Virus record (IMG/VR): IMGVR_UViG_3300031836_000002
Location: 1 to 64,000 of that record
From: a virus
Lineage: Duplodnaviria > Caudoviricetes
DNA length: 64,000 nt
Reading direction: 5' to 3' (one strand)
Below are positions 46,797 through 57,940 of this stretch, in pieces. A program made the position numbers and the translations under genes. How positions within the stretch are numbered: position 1 is the stretch's first letter; every line of letters begins with the position of its first letter. The notes beneath the pieces were generated by a model. The model saw only the letters and a program-made list of their open reading frames with translations, searched no databases and was not told the DNA's origin.

Positions 46797-46857
46797 GTTG
46801 TCTCCTCTGGTTGACCTTACGTTTTGAGCTTACGTCATTGAGAAGTCAAATGCAACC
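46797..46857 (-). promoter_or_regulatory. Repeated palindrome-promoter-leader-SD cassette
   Basis: TTGCAT-N17-TAAGCT, GTAAGGTCAAC, AGGAGAC. Confidence 0.8.
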
Positions 46858-48501
46858 TAAGCCGAAAACACTCGGTACAGGACGTAGACGATGGCGGGTG
46901 TGCACAAGAGAAGGATCAAGTGTGGGAGGTACCACACGCTGCTTCGTGGGGAATGCCAGAAGGTCATGTGATCGAGTCCTTCCCACTTCAATAGGGCTTT
47001 CAGCTTGTCGTGTTCTTTCGCAGGAGAGCCAAAACGCTCCGGCATGGTGATGATCACGAACTTGGCACACGTGCAGCGCATGGTTCCCACGGCTCGATTG
47101 ATGTTCGGATTGTAGCCGTACTCGTAGCTGACGCTATGTGTGCCTGTGAGGGACCTCCACCAGCGAACCAAAAGCTTCTTTGCAACCTTCACTGGTTCTT
47201 CTCCCAGACTTCGTAAGCCTTAGCGAACATCGTCGTGTCCTCTTCGCCATGGTCGATCATGTCATCAAGGTACTCGTTCAGCTCAGCTTGTGACATCAGC
47301 TCTGGGTCCTTCTTCACTGAGCACACCGCCCGCGGCCTTCACACTCTCGGTCGTATTCGTGCATTTCCTCCAAGGCTGTGTTCAAGTCACCCTGAGCGGC
47401 CCTGACGGCTCGCTCCAGTCCTCTGCGGGTCCAGTCGTCACCTTCCTCCACAATGGCTCCGGCAACAACGATTCTGTACGTTCTTGCCTTCTGGTCGAGA
47501 ACAAGAATTTGGTTGTCGTCGTTGAGGGTAGCTTTGATCCCCAGAAGGAATCCCCACGCCAGTGCTACACCTTCTGCGAACGATTCAGCGGAGGAGATCT
47601 TATTGTCTGTTTTGAGGTCGACAACATGGACAAAAACTCGGTCGGCGTCGATGGCACGCAACTCTTGAGTGAGTGGGTAGACGATCTCCTTGACCTCCGC
47701 GGCGGCATACCTCTTTCCGATGGGTTCGTTGAGTATGCGTTCCAGTGCGGTATCAATTAGCTTCGACCGGTCGGTCATGGTGTCTCCTTGATAATGGCTT
47801 GTGCTAGCTCTACAGCCTGTGCGAATGCGGCAGGCTCATCGTGCGATCCTTCAGCGTCTCCGAGAGCACTCTTCAGGATGGCTATCTGTGCTTCGATGGT
47901 GCGGTGCAGTGCGACAATCAGCTTGCCGTCCTCGGCTGACCACAGCCCTCCGAATTTGGGGGTGGCTCCAACTACCTCGGAGCCGGGAACCTCTCCGTAG
48001 ATGGCGTGTGTGACGTGCTGGCCATAGGTGAGACGCCACGGTCCCGGAGTCGTAACACTCTTCATGGCCACAAGCGTCGCGAGCGCTCTGACCAGAACGC
48101 GGGTGTCTTCTTCGTTCTTAATCATGGCCTCGGCGTTCTCCTTGTTGACGAATTGGTGGAAGCTACGCATGAATGCTCGGTGGGAGATCCACAGGTAGGG
48201 GTTGGCAGGGGAGAAGCACGAGGATGCGGCGCGTGTGGCGGGAACCTCACGAGACCCTAATAGTGCCCACGTGTTTCCCAGCTCGATTCCATCTCGGATC
48301 CTGCGTGCGGTGTCTGTCTTCACGACAATCCCCTCAGCCGGGTTTCTACGGCTTCCCAGAACGTGTCTGAGCCGATCTCGTCAACACGCATGCTGACTTC
48401 GAATTCGTTGGTCTCGGCGGCGATAGCGAGGTTCGTAAATAGCCATCCGTGCAACTCCTTGATTTTCAGAGCCTTGGGAGACTCGGCCAGCTCCAGTTCG
48501 C

Positions 48502-49314
48502 TCACAGTTCCACCAGATCCAGTAGATGGCGCGGAACATGAATAGGCTCAGGCCAGACAATCGTGGCGTTGCGAGCAAGGTCGAGAGGCTGGTACTTGGT
48601 AACGGAGACGCGGCGGAATTTTGCACCCTTGCGATACGTGATACGTGCCATGCCGAGGCCATTGTCTGCGGAGATTGCTGTCTCTTCTCGCATCTCCAGA
48701 ACCTGACCGACAACGTTCTTCGGCGTCTTCCTCTTCTTCGGTGTCTTCCGCTTCGTCGGCGCACTGTCTGACTCTGGGTTCTTCTCTGGGGTCAGACCCT
48801 TTGAGTCGATCTTCAGGAAACCGCCATACACGCTAGTGGCGTGGGTAGCGATACTGAGCGGATGGTACATACCGTTGCCCAGAGAATGGAAGCGCGCTCC
48901 TGCGTTGTAGCTGATGACTGCATAGGAGTAGTCGTCATCCGGGGAGGTCGGAATCTCGAACCGCTGATCGTGGGTCAGTATGAACACGCGGCCTACCGGA
49001 TCGGGCAGTAGAAGAGTCTTCGGGATTATGATCGTGCGCTCGTACATCTCCGTAGCCTTTTCAGCGAGGTCGAGTGCCTTGTAGCCTTTCGAGTTACCTC
49101 GGCGCTCGAACCGTGCTCCACCGGGGTACACGATGAGCGTGCCATCATTCGAGGGGAGATTGAATGCGGTCCTATTGATCAGGACGTAGGTACCGGGCCT
49201 CAAAGGAGCTGTAAGGAGTTCCTGTAGCTTGGCTTCGTCCTCCATCTGGTTCATGAGGTCGCGGTGCTCTCGGCGGTCTTGTGCAAGAGAGTTCGCGGGT
49301 GCTGAGGGCGTCAT
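48502..49314 (-). CDS. Hypothetical protein with three internal repeats
   Basis: Y..GA(R/K)F...G..Y.(P/A)L.(L/I)A..AT..(Y/W) x3; SD AAGGAGACACC. Confidence 0.7.
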   Translation of the reverse strand: MTPSAPANSLAQDRREHRDLMNQMEDEAKLQELLTAPLRPGTYVLINRTAFNLPSNDGTLIVYPGGARFERRGNSKGYKALDLAEKATEMYERTIIIPKTLLLPDPVGRVFILTHDQRFEIPTSPDDDYSYAVISYNAGARFHSLGNGMYHPLSIATHATSVYGGFLKIDSKGLTPEKNPESDSAPTKRKTPKKRKTPKNVVGQVLEMREETAISADNGLGMARITYRKGAKFRRVSVTKYQPLDLARNATIVWPEPIHVPRHLLDLVEL

Positions 49315-49408
49315 GGTGTCTCCTTTTTTGTTGAGCCTTCCATAGGTTGTACGCCGGTAACGTCGAGTTGACCATCGTCGGTCAGGATGTCCGACTCGTT
49401 GAAGGTCT

Positions 49409-49924
49409 TCATGATTCCCTCCGCATAGGCTCTGCACGGAAAGACTTGATGGCGGTGTGTACGCAAGCATCTGGGCCTGCGCCCACCAACCAACTCTCGA
49501 ATTCTTGTTCGTGGTCGAACTTCTCTGTGGAGTTCGCGAAGGTGTGGTCGTTCCACAGGAAGCGCATTTGGTCGATGAACTTCTGTGGTGGTAGAGGGTC
49601 CGGCGTGAACAGGGCCAGCTTGGTGAGCGCCATGTGCTTCTCGTTGTTCAGCCGTGCGGTAACTAACTGCACCCCGCCATACCGGGGTCCAATCAACACC
49701 CGCGTGCCCATGAATGTCTCTAGGTGGCGCATGTTCGGGGACCCTGCCACATACCGAATGGTGGTCTCGTCATCCTCCACGGTGTACCCAGACTGGTACA
49801 TCTTGCCTGCGAACTTAAACTCGATCACAGGCTTCTGGATGTCTCCCTTGGCAGCCTTCAAGGCCTCCACGAGGATCGGAACAGCTGCAATGATGGCGTC
49901 TTGGCCAACAAATTCTTGTTTCAT
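49409..49924 (-). CDS. Hypothetical protein, paralog of 51012-51299
   Basis: Shared M.Q.FVG.D.II.A.P.L...P.IEF...G..Y.S.Y.V.D...GTRVL.G. Confidence 0.7.
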   Translation of the reverse strand: MKQEFVGQDAIIAAVPILVEALKAAKGDIQKPVIEFKFAGKMYQSGYTVEDDETTIRYVAGSPNMRHLETFMGTRVLIGPRYGGVQLVTARLNNEKHMALTKLALFTPDPLPPQKFIDQMRFLWNDHTFANSTEKFDHEQEFESWLVGAGPDACVHTAIKSFRAEPMRRES

Positions 49925-50200
49925 GGTGTCTCCTAGTCGCGAGCTTCTCGTTGGCGCTGAGCTTCTTTGTACTCGTGCTCTCCGGGGGGTGTGGGGAAGG
50001 GAACAGGGGGAGTGTACTTGTAGTCCGTGGAGTGGTCCCGAACGAATTCCACCAGCATCTCGTCATAGGTGCCGAATAGCTCCTTGAGAGCTTCGTACTC
50101 TGCGGCAGTCACCCCACAAATTCGGAGGGTGTGGAAGGTACGCCACGGCACAGGGCCATAGGCTTCTGTTTCGAATAGTCGAGTCATGGCTTCACCATAG

Positions 50201-50842
50201 TCATCGAATGAGATTCGGCTGTAGCAGGTATTCGAGTGAGTTCTCGCCCTCACTACGAGTGAACATGAGTGGACTGTTCTTTCTCCCGTTATCCGAATTT
50301 TTGGTAGTCAATTCCCATGCCTGCACTTTGGCTTTAGCTGGGGTTTCTCCCGGCAGTCGAAGTAGGGCTAACGTTGCCAGTCTCCCAGCATCCAGTAGTA
50401 CGCCACTGTAGATGTCATCGTAACGATCTCCTTCCAGTAGACGTTCCACCGGGGGGTAGCTGCCAACTACGGAGTCAGCTAGCACCTTAGTTCCCGTGTG
50501 TGTCAATTCGATACTGATAGGTTCATATGTATCAGCTGTCTGGTGGATCTTGATTACTGGGGCGTCATCCATGCCCTTACCCATCATCTTGAGCGCTTGC
50601 TCTAGCACTGCTGGTCTTAGGATTAGAGGATCCCCTGCGATCTGGTACCCATCACTTGTATCAGCGGGGATTGTGAGACGCACGACACGAAATCTGTCTG
50701 TGGCCACCACCACGATGTTCTTGTGATCGAGTCGGATAGATAGCGCGTCGATCCCGTTGATCTTGGATGTGCCTGTGGATAGGACTTTAGCCGTACTCAG
50801 TATTGATGCTGCTTGACGGGGCGTTACGAGAATGGTTGTCAT
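50201..50842 (-). CDS. Second, shorter beta-clamp-like protein
   Basis: VATDRFR, GSYPPVERL, C-terminal YLLQP; 213 aa. Confidence 0.65.
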   Translation of the reverse strand: MTTILVTPRQAASILSTAKVLSTGTSKINGIDALSIRLDHKNIVVVATDRFRVVRLTIPADTSDGYQIAGDPLILRPAVLEQALKMMGKGMDDAPVIKIHQTADTYEPISIELTHTGTKVLADSVVGSYPPVERLLEGDRYDDIYSGVLLDAGRLATLALLRLPGETPAKAKVQAWELTTKNSDNGRKNSPLMFTRSEGENSLEYLLQPNLIR

Positions 50843-51011
50843 GATGTCTCCTCAGACTTGGCTTGGATTGCCCTGACAGGCTCTCCGGGGTACTGATCGC
50901 TGAAGTCCCGGTCTGTGATTTCTTGGTCGTCGTCCTCTGCCATCTGGCGGAGTTCTTGGCGGCGGAAGAATGCGGCGTCTGCTTCGATGAGTTGAGTATT
51001 CATGGTGTCTC

Positions 51012-51299
51012 CTAGTCCTGTGTGATCAAGGTGATTGAGGTCAGGGTGGCAGGCGTCAGGTTGTTGTACTGATCTCCGACCAATACGCGGGTGCCTATAC
51101 GATCCACCAGTGGTTGAACCGAACCATTCAGGTACAGGGCCAGTGTCTGGCCTTCATCAACGACACGGTAGGTCGAGACATAGATGTCACCATTGATGAC
51201 GAACTCGATACGGGGGCGTCGGCCTTCTGTTTCGTTCGCGGCAGCGAGAGTGGGTAGCGCTCCAATGATCTGGTCGCGTCCGACGAATGTCTGTTCCAT
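51012..51299 (-). CDS. Hypothetical protein, paralog of 49409-49924
   Basis: ATG directly after the cassette SD; N-terminal similarity as above. Confidence 0.7.
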   Translation of the reverse strand: MEQTFVGRDQIIGALPTLAAANETEGRRPRIEFVINGDIYVSTYRVVDEGQTLALYLNGSVQPLVDRIGTRVLVGDQYNNLTPATLTSITLITQD

Positions 51300-51359
51300 A
51301 GTGTCTCCTTCAGTTGACCTTACATCCTGAGCATAACACACTAGATTGCAATTGCAATA
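51300..51359 (-). promoter_or_regulatory. Repeated palindrome-promoter-leader-SD cassette
   Basis: TATTGCAATTGCAATC-N8-TATGCT...GTAAGGTCAACTGAAGGAGACAC. Confidence 0.8.
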
Positions 51360-51360
51360 C

Positions 51361-54300
51361 CTAGAGCCAGAACTGCCCTCTCCCGCTCTCCTCCTCTATT
51401 TCTCCAGTCGCACTACAGCGTGAGCAGAGCAGAATGCGATCCGCTTCTACCGATGTCCCTTGACCAGCACAGTCGGGACAGTCCACTCTCTCTGGGCCAC
51501 ATTCTTTGCAGTTAGCTTCATGGTCAGCCCACCCTTCGGGGTCGGTATACCAGCGGGTTGAGTCGTGCTCATTCCACAGGTGGCGCGGATTGATTTCAGA
51601 CTTTGCGTAGTTGTCGCAGCAGCCCTCCGCTCCTATAGGTGCGCTCCTGCCGAAAGGATTCATGCCTGTGCCATGCTCGGGGCAAGGAATGCGTGTCCAA
51701 CACTTCGAAGTACACGTCATTGGTTTGCCCTCGCGAATAGGGTCGTCATGCACTCCCCACACAACTCACCATCATCGCCACTGTACCAACCCGGAGCCTG
51801 CCCTGTGAGTAGCTGAATCGGGTTGTAGTCAGGCTCGTCAGATTTACGCTCGCGGCCACACTCGTCACAGCTCATGGCGTCTCTCCTTCGTTCGGTTGTG
51901 CGCGGACAGCGGCGGCAGCCCAGTTGCCATACTGATACCACTCGGCCTCCAGCGGTGTCGATGTTCCGATGGGCTTGATGCCCTCTGACAAGTCGCTCTC
52001 GCGTTGCGCCTTGGCGGTTTCGGTGGCGACTACAAGGATCCACTGCGCATCCTTCTCGATCTGATCAGCACGTATCTCGGCATCATGGGTGATAAGCCAA
52101 CGGTCAAACATGCGAAGCAGGTCGCCCGAAAGCCAGTTGCGGATGTCGTCTCGCTCGTCACTCATGGTCACCACCCAGAGCAACAGCCACTATATGCTCG
52201 GCGTGCTTCCTGTCAGTCCAACCCATCGGACACCATCCGCAACTGCATCTCCGGTTAGTCCAAGCATCTCCGACAATGACACGGTGCTTCAAAAGAGCCT
52301 CCACCATCTCGTCGGTGACCTCAACCCGTACCGGCTGAGGGGTTATGCGGAGGGCGTCGAGCACATTGTCGTACTCGGTAATCGTTTTCTCGTGGTAGTC
52401 GGCATCACCCGTGACTTCACCCCGCTTATCATCAGGGTGAGCGCGGAGCCAGTCACGCCATTCCACGTGCGTCTGGCGTGAGAACTCGATTGTCGCGATT
52501 GCCGACTTCGCCCTGTCGGAGGATTCGGTACGTGCGTCTTCGTCTGTGGTGCTCACGGGGTTACTCCTGTCGTTGAATCGTGCGGTGCAAACGACGGGCA
52601 CGTGATAACCAACCTTGAATCTTGGGTAGTTATTTTGATGCTCTCGTCAGATGCTGGTTTCTGGCAGCAGAGAGATATATTCGACCCCTCCAAAAATAGG
52701 TGAACAACATTTTCGCTCATAGCTTCTCTCCTTCGGTCTTGGCGGGGTGCGGGTTCACGGGTGAGTACTTCTCTCCGCTCGGCCAGAGCGCCTGAGCGCG
52801 TGCGAAGCCTTCGCGCCACGCATCATGCTTTACGGCTTCGAGAGCGTCAGTGGGAGACTGGTCGAGGACTGCCCTGATGTCGCGCCCAAGGTATGAGCAG
52901 TGCGACTCTCGCTCTATAGCGTCCGCTAGCTCACGCCCCTCCGCAATAACCGCCTGTGCTGCCGCCAACTGCTCGGTGAGGGCATCACGCTCGATAGTGA
53001 TATTCGCGAGTTCCATCATCCGGCTCGCCCACTCGTTACGCTGCATCGTGCGCTCGGACAACTCCCGCCCTAGCTGTGCCACATCCGCAGCAAGATTGTT
53101 TGCCTGATCCTCCGCCTGTTGCGCATCACGCTCTGAGGCTTCGAGAGCATCCGCCAAGTCCTCAAGCAGCGGACAAATACCTGCCTGAGTCAATAGCGGA
53201 CTAGCTGCCCACAGTCGAGCCTTCGCAATCAGGTCGGCGATAGATACATCAGACATCGAGTTCTCCTGTCTCTGAGCCGTGCGGGTTCGAATCAACTACC
53301 ATCTCGGTAACGAGAACCTTGACCAACGTCACGTTGCGGACGAATCCGATTTCAGAGTCAGACCACTCTTTGAGTTTGTTGTACTGAGAATGCGGGTTCG
53401 AATCGAGTTTCGTTATCCGTTCCCATTCGTCATCAGGGATCTGCGAATTCGGCACCGTCTGCGTGGTGTTCTTGTAAAAACTTGGGTCAGCATTGCTGTA
53501 TTTCCACAGTGACCCGAGCTGCACAATCTCCCAAGAGAGGCGATACATTTCCGTTGCTGGGTCGGTGATAGATACATCAGGCATCAGCGGTGCATCTTCC
53601 GCGCTTTTTTCTGCGCTTTCCGCTTAGCTCGGTGCTGATCTCGCACCGCAGCGGAGATTCGCTGTACCGCGTCTGGTGTGCCGATTATCTCAACCGGGTC
53701 TTTCACCCCTGCATAGAGCGCGTGCTCAAGTGATTGGTAAATTCTTCCACTATTTGGATCCATCATTCTCTCCTTCTATTGCCTCAGAAATGTCATAGTA
53801 GTCGAGAATTCCCTCGCTGTTAGAGGCGGCGAGGATCGTGCACAGAATCTTGTCCCTCGCGGCCATTGGGAGATTTTCGAGCAGTGTCTTGATCAGTTCC
53901 TTCTTAGTCATAGCTTCTCTCCTTCGGTCTTGCGGTACGGGTTCAGAGCCTTGTAGTCGGCCAGCGGCCACCCCTGATCACGGTAAACGAGGCGTATACC
54001 CTCATCTACCGCCGCCTCTTTCACAGCATCGAGAGCATCCGTAGGAGACTGGGCGAGGACCGCCATGAACTCCTGCCCGACAGCGGTAGTTGGCGCGTAC
54101 TCACCCTTCGGTGAATCCAGCCACTCCTGAGCGTTCGCCCGCGCCTCCGCGATGACTGCCTGCGCTGCCGCCAACTGTTCGGCCAAGTCATCTGCGTAGG
54201 CATTCGTCGCCTTGATAGCCTCCGAATACGTTTGCGCATGGTCAGCACGTACCTCGGCATCGTGGTCGGTCAGCCAGCGGTCAAATTCCTCTACCCGATA

Positions 54301-55490
54301 GTCCTCCGACCAACGCTCACGAACGCCCTCGGTCGTCGGCGTGTACTCGGCAGCTTTCTGCCGGGAGATGTTCTCCTGAGTTCTAGCACGCATGGCGCTG
54401 AATATCTTGGTCTTGTCGTCACTCATGGTCACCACCTTCTTTTCGTCGTCGGTTGTCCCAAAGAACGCCCCCATGAACCGAGCCGAGATTGTGCTGCAAA
54501 GACTGCATAGCTTCCCAGTACCCGAGCAGGAACGGGTTATCGGTGTCTGGCTTCTGGAACGGGTTATCGGGAACGACTACCCCATTGCGTTTTAGACGGT
54601 TGCGGAAAGCCAGCCTCGCCTGAACCTCGACCGCTTCGAGAGCCTTGACCTGAGCGCACCCAATCTCATCCATGTCATCCGGAATATGGAAGCCCATCAC
54701 TCACCACCACCTAGAGCAGCGTCATCGTGCCAGAAGAACCCGTTTGCGGTTGTGTGCGGGAGTCCCGCTTCGGTGTGCCCAGCGAGGTAGCGGCACGGTG
54801 CGCCGCCGTCGATGTTCGGATGGGTCGCGGAGCACTGCACTGCCTCGTCGGTGACCTCTACCTTGCGGGATGCCTTCATGGTCATTCCTTCCTGAGTTCC
54901 TTGAGTCGGGTGTAGCTGATGGATTCGATCCTTTTGAGCTGGTCGGGTCCGGCGACTTGCCGCCGCTCCTCAGCGTGCTCGTAAACGCGAATACTTCTGG
55001 TCTCCTTGTGGTCAATCGCGAACTCCCGAAGCATGTCAATTGCGGTGGGGTTGCCCTCTACGATGATCTGCTTGTGGGCGAACGTTTCGATCAGGATTGA
55101 ACGTGAAATGTCCAGCGTGTAGCTCGGCTCAAGTGGCTTAGTCATCTCGTCGGTGGCCTCGACCTGTACCGGCTGAGGGGTGCGAGAGAGCGTTTCGATA
55201 ACGCGACTCAACTCTTTCGCCACCAGATCCCCAGCCTGAACGGGCGTGCGGGAACTCGCGTACCGGCGCTCCTGCCAGATAGCGCGGATGTTGCGCAGTT
55301 CTGTTAGTAGGTCGGTGTCGGATGGTGCAGCCTCGACCCTTCGGGATGCTTGCCACTCAGCACCCGCGATGAATGTCTCACGGCGATCATCATAAATGGG
55401 TGGCCGACCCCATGCCTCATCCGAGGTGGAGTGCCACTCCAAGGGCCAGCGCCCTACGGCCTCGGCGCGGGCTTTGTCTGTAGTACTCAT
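51361..55490 (-). other. Mosaic accessory ORFs built from shared modules (block 2)
   Basis: Duplicated modules EQLAAAQAVIAE, QSPTDAL.AVK, NP...KTEGEKL, FDRWL..HDAE.RAD, PQPV.VE.TDEM, DVSI.D. Confidence 0.65.
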
Positions 55491-55549
55491 GGTGTCTCCT
55501 TCAGTTGACCTTATGATCTGAGCATAGCACAAGGATTGCATTTGCAACA
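55491..55549 (-). promoter_or_regulatory. Repeated palindrome-promoter-leader-SD cassette
   Basis: TGTTGCAAATGCAATC-N7-TATGCT...TAAGGTCAACTGAAGGAGACACC. Confidence 0.8.
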
Positions 55550-55717
55550 CTTATAGCCAGAACTGCCACCAACGCTTCGGAGCTACAGGTCCATATTTTG
55601 CATACTCGCAGTTGTAGCAGATGGCACTGAGGTCGAATCCTGATTGATCCCCCCGCCAATAGATGCACTCGGAGTCTTCTGGGTTGTGTCCTGCCTTGGT
55701 CATGAATTTCTTCTTTC

Positions 55718-56911
55718 CTAGTTGGATGTTGGTATTCTTTCAATACGCTGGACAATCAACGGCAGATACTCCTCCTCGCGCTCGGAGGCAATCACGCGGA
55801 ACCCTTCCAGCAGTGCCGCCTCCACGGTGGCTCCTGACCCCGCGAAAGGCTCCAAGATCATCCCTCCGGGAGGAGTGACGAGCTTGACCAAATAGCGCAT
55901 CAGCGCCAGTGGCTTGACCGTGGGATGACCTTTGCCGTCCACCGTAGGGCGTTCTGACTTGGGTGACTTGGCGCAGTAGAAGAATCTGGAAGCTCCCTCC
56001 GATTGTGAGTCGAGAACTCCTGCCTGAGACTCGTCCAAGATCACATTGGCTGGATAACGCCCAACAGCCGGGTTATACACAGGCGCTCCGGCACTGTCTC
56101 CATACACGCTAGCGTCCCCGTGTCCGAACCCTCCAACCGTGGAAGGGTTCTTGGCGTGGATGTCATCGTTCTCCGAGACACTGATGCGACTGTCGTCGAT
56201 GTTTAGCGCCCCCGTGCCATGCTTCAGCACATTCTTAAATAGTGCACCTTTGAAAGGCTTGCGGGCCATAATTATCGGCTCGAACGCAGGCTTGAGAGCG
56301 CTGTTCCAACCTGTCCACTGTTTGCCCTCCTCGGTGGCTGGTGCAGTGATCTGTGCTTCTTTCTCCGAGTCATTGAAGTCTCCGTAGGCAACTCTGACTT
56401 CATCGGCATTCACTGCCAACGAGTATCCCGGCTGTCCAATCTTCGATCCAACAACCTCACGGGTAGCACCTGCTGCCTTGTCAATGACCTTGCCGATGTC
56501 CTGCCCCTTGGGGAAACCGGAACCATACATCCACGCGATGCTGTCTCGAATGTCGAACCCCGCAAGTCGAATGCTCATCTCCATAAGACCCATGGTTCGA
56601 GTCCCCGCGAAACAGAGCAAGTGCCCTCCCGGCTTGAGCACGCGCAGCGCCTCGTCCCATACAGCGGGAGGAGGCACGAAGTTGTCCCAGCTCTTGCCCA
56701 TGAATCCACCAGAGGTGGCGGGAACGAACTCTCTGTCCCCTCCGATCCACGCGGTCATTGCCTCGACAACGTGCTTGGGCGTCGTGTTGCTCAGCCCATA
56801 CGGAGGGTCTGTGATTACGCTGTCGATGGAGTTGTCCGGGAGCTTCCGGAGCATCTCTAGGCACTCAGCGTGGATGACCTTGACTCCTCGACTGTGATGA
56901 AACAACTTCAT
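55718..56911 (-). CDS. DNA amino-methyltransferase (N4-C/N6-A, beta class)
   Basis: TDPPY, RVLKPGG, HPTVKP, LEPFAGSG.T. Confidence 0.92.
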   Translation of the reverse strand: MKLFHHSRGVKVIHAECLEMLRKLPDNSIDSVITDPPYGLSNTTPKHVVEAMTAWIGGDREFVPATSGGFMGKSWDNFVPPPAVWDEALRVLKPGGHLLCFAGTRTMGLMEMSIRLAGFDIRDSIAWMYGSGFPKGQDIGKVIDKAAGATREVVGSKIGQPGYSLAVNADEVRVAYGDFNDSEKEAQITAPATEEGKQWTGWNSALKPAFEPIIMARKPFKGALFKNVLKHGTGALNIDDSRISVSENDDIHAKNPSTVGGFGHGDASVYGDSAGAPVYNPAVGRYPANVILDESQAGVLDSQSEGASRFFYCAKSPKSERPTVDGKGHPTVKPLALMRYLVKLVTPPGGMILEPFAGSGATVEAALLEGFRVIASEREEEYLPLIVQRIERIPTSN

Positions 56912-57229
56912 GAATTTCTTCTTTCTAACTGAGTAAATCGTCGATGTTGGAATCTAGATATGGAGAATTGCCATGGTTACAGTCTTGTCATTGGTCGGCG
57001 GATAGCGGCGCGTGACGCTTTGCGGGCGTGCTCTCGGCGCTTGGCTGCAAGTCGAGCGTCTGTTCGTTCCCATGACGCTCGGAGCAGCTCATCAACTCGT
57101 GTGTAGCGTGGTAGCTCTCGCGAGTTGATGAGCTGGTCAATGGTCCGTCGTGGGTAGTTGATCGTGCCTATCATCGTGTCTCCTCTGTTGGGTGCTTCGA
57201 GTAGTAGTGCTCGGTGTCCTCTGTGACGC

Positions 57230-57940
57230 TCATTTGAGGTCATCCAGCTCTGGGAAGTCCAACGTCACCAGATGGGTCTGTGGGTCGATCTCCACGGTGA
57301 ACCCTACGGATCTCAGGCGGGCGCGTAGGGAGGCGAAGGATCTTCTGGAGATACGGAGGCGTCCATAGGAGGCAAAAAACACATCCCCTAGGTACTGAAT
57401 GTTCTCACGTGCGGTGCCTGCCAGTAGCTCATTGACGAAACTCTGCTGGCCTGATCCGTATGCGCACGCGGTAGCTAGGCGGCGCACTACCTTGGACAAT
57501 AGATCGGTGGGAGTCATGGGAAGCTTAGGTGGGCTGCCCTGCGCTGTGTAGCGCTTACACGGGCAGAAGATGAGGCGTCCGCGGTCCTCCTCTGGGGGGC
57601 TGCCGAAACACGTTGTGGTGTTTTTCTTGCCCCCGTGGTTGGACTTCTTGTGGCCACACGTGCACCTCTTGGCCTTGGCTTTCTTGATCTTGGTGTTCTC
57701 CGCGGTGCCTAGGCGTCCGTTGATGATGCCACTCACAATGGTTTGGGCGTGCTCGATGTTCCCTGCGTGCGAGATCTCTTTGCCTGCCACGGTAATGACA
57801 TATTTCACCTTGTGGATCTTGGTGTTCTCTGGAGTGCCTATGCCTCCAAGGATGATGGTGTTGGCGGCGATCTTCGCTTGCCACAGGGCGTCGGTGTGGT
57901 CGATCTCTTCGCCCTTTACCGTGATGATGAATTTCGTCAT
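57230..57940 (-). CDS. Hypothetical protein with tandem N-terminal duplication and Zn-finger-like motif
   Basis: Two ~42-aa repeats (K(F/Y)(I/V)ITV.G.EI.H...G..GT.ENTKI), then CTCGH....H...C...CPC. Confidence 0.7.
   Translation of the reverse strand: MTKFIITVKGEEIDHTDALWQAKIAANTIILGGIGTPENTKIHKVKYVITVAGKEISHAGNIEHAQTIVSGIINGRLGTAENTKIKKAKAKRCTCGHKKSNHGGKKNTTTCFGSPPEEDRGRLIFCPCKRYTAQGSPPKLPMTPTDLLSKVVRRLATACAYGSGQQSFVNELLAGTARENIQYLGDVFFASYGRLRISRRSFASLRARLRSVGFTVEIDPQTHLVTLDFPELDDLK

Noticed and set aside
41650-55490. Diversity-generating retroelement as the cause of the repeated modules
   Set aside because: No reverse transcriptase in the window, and differences between copies are not obviously adenine-specific.
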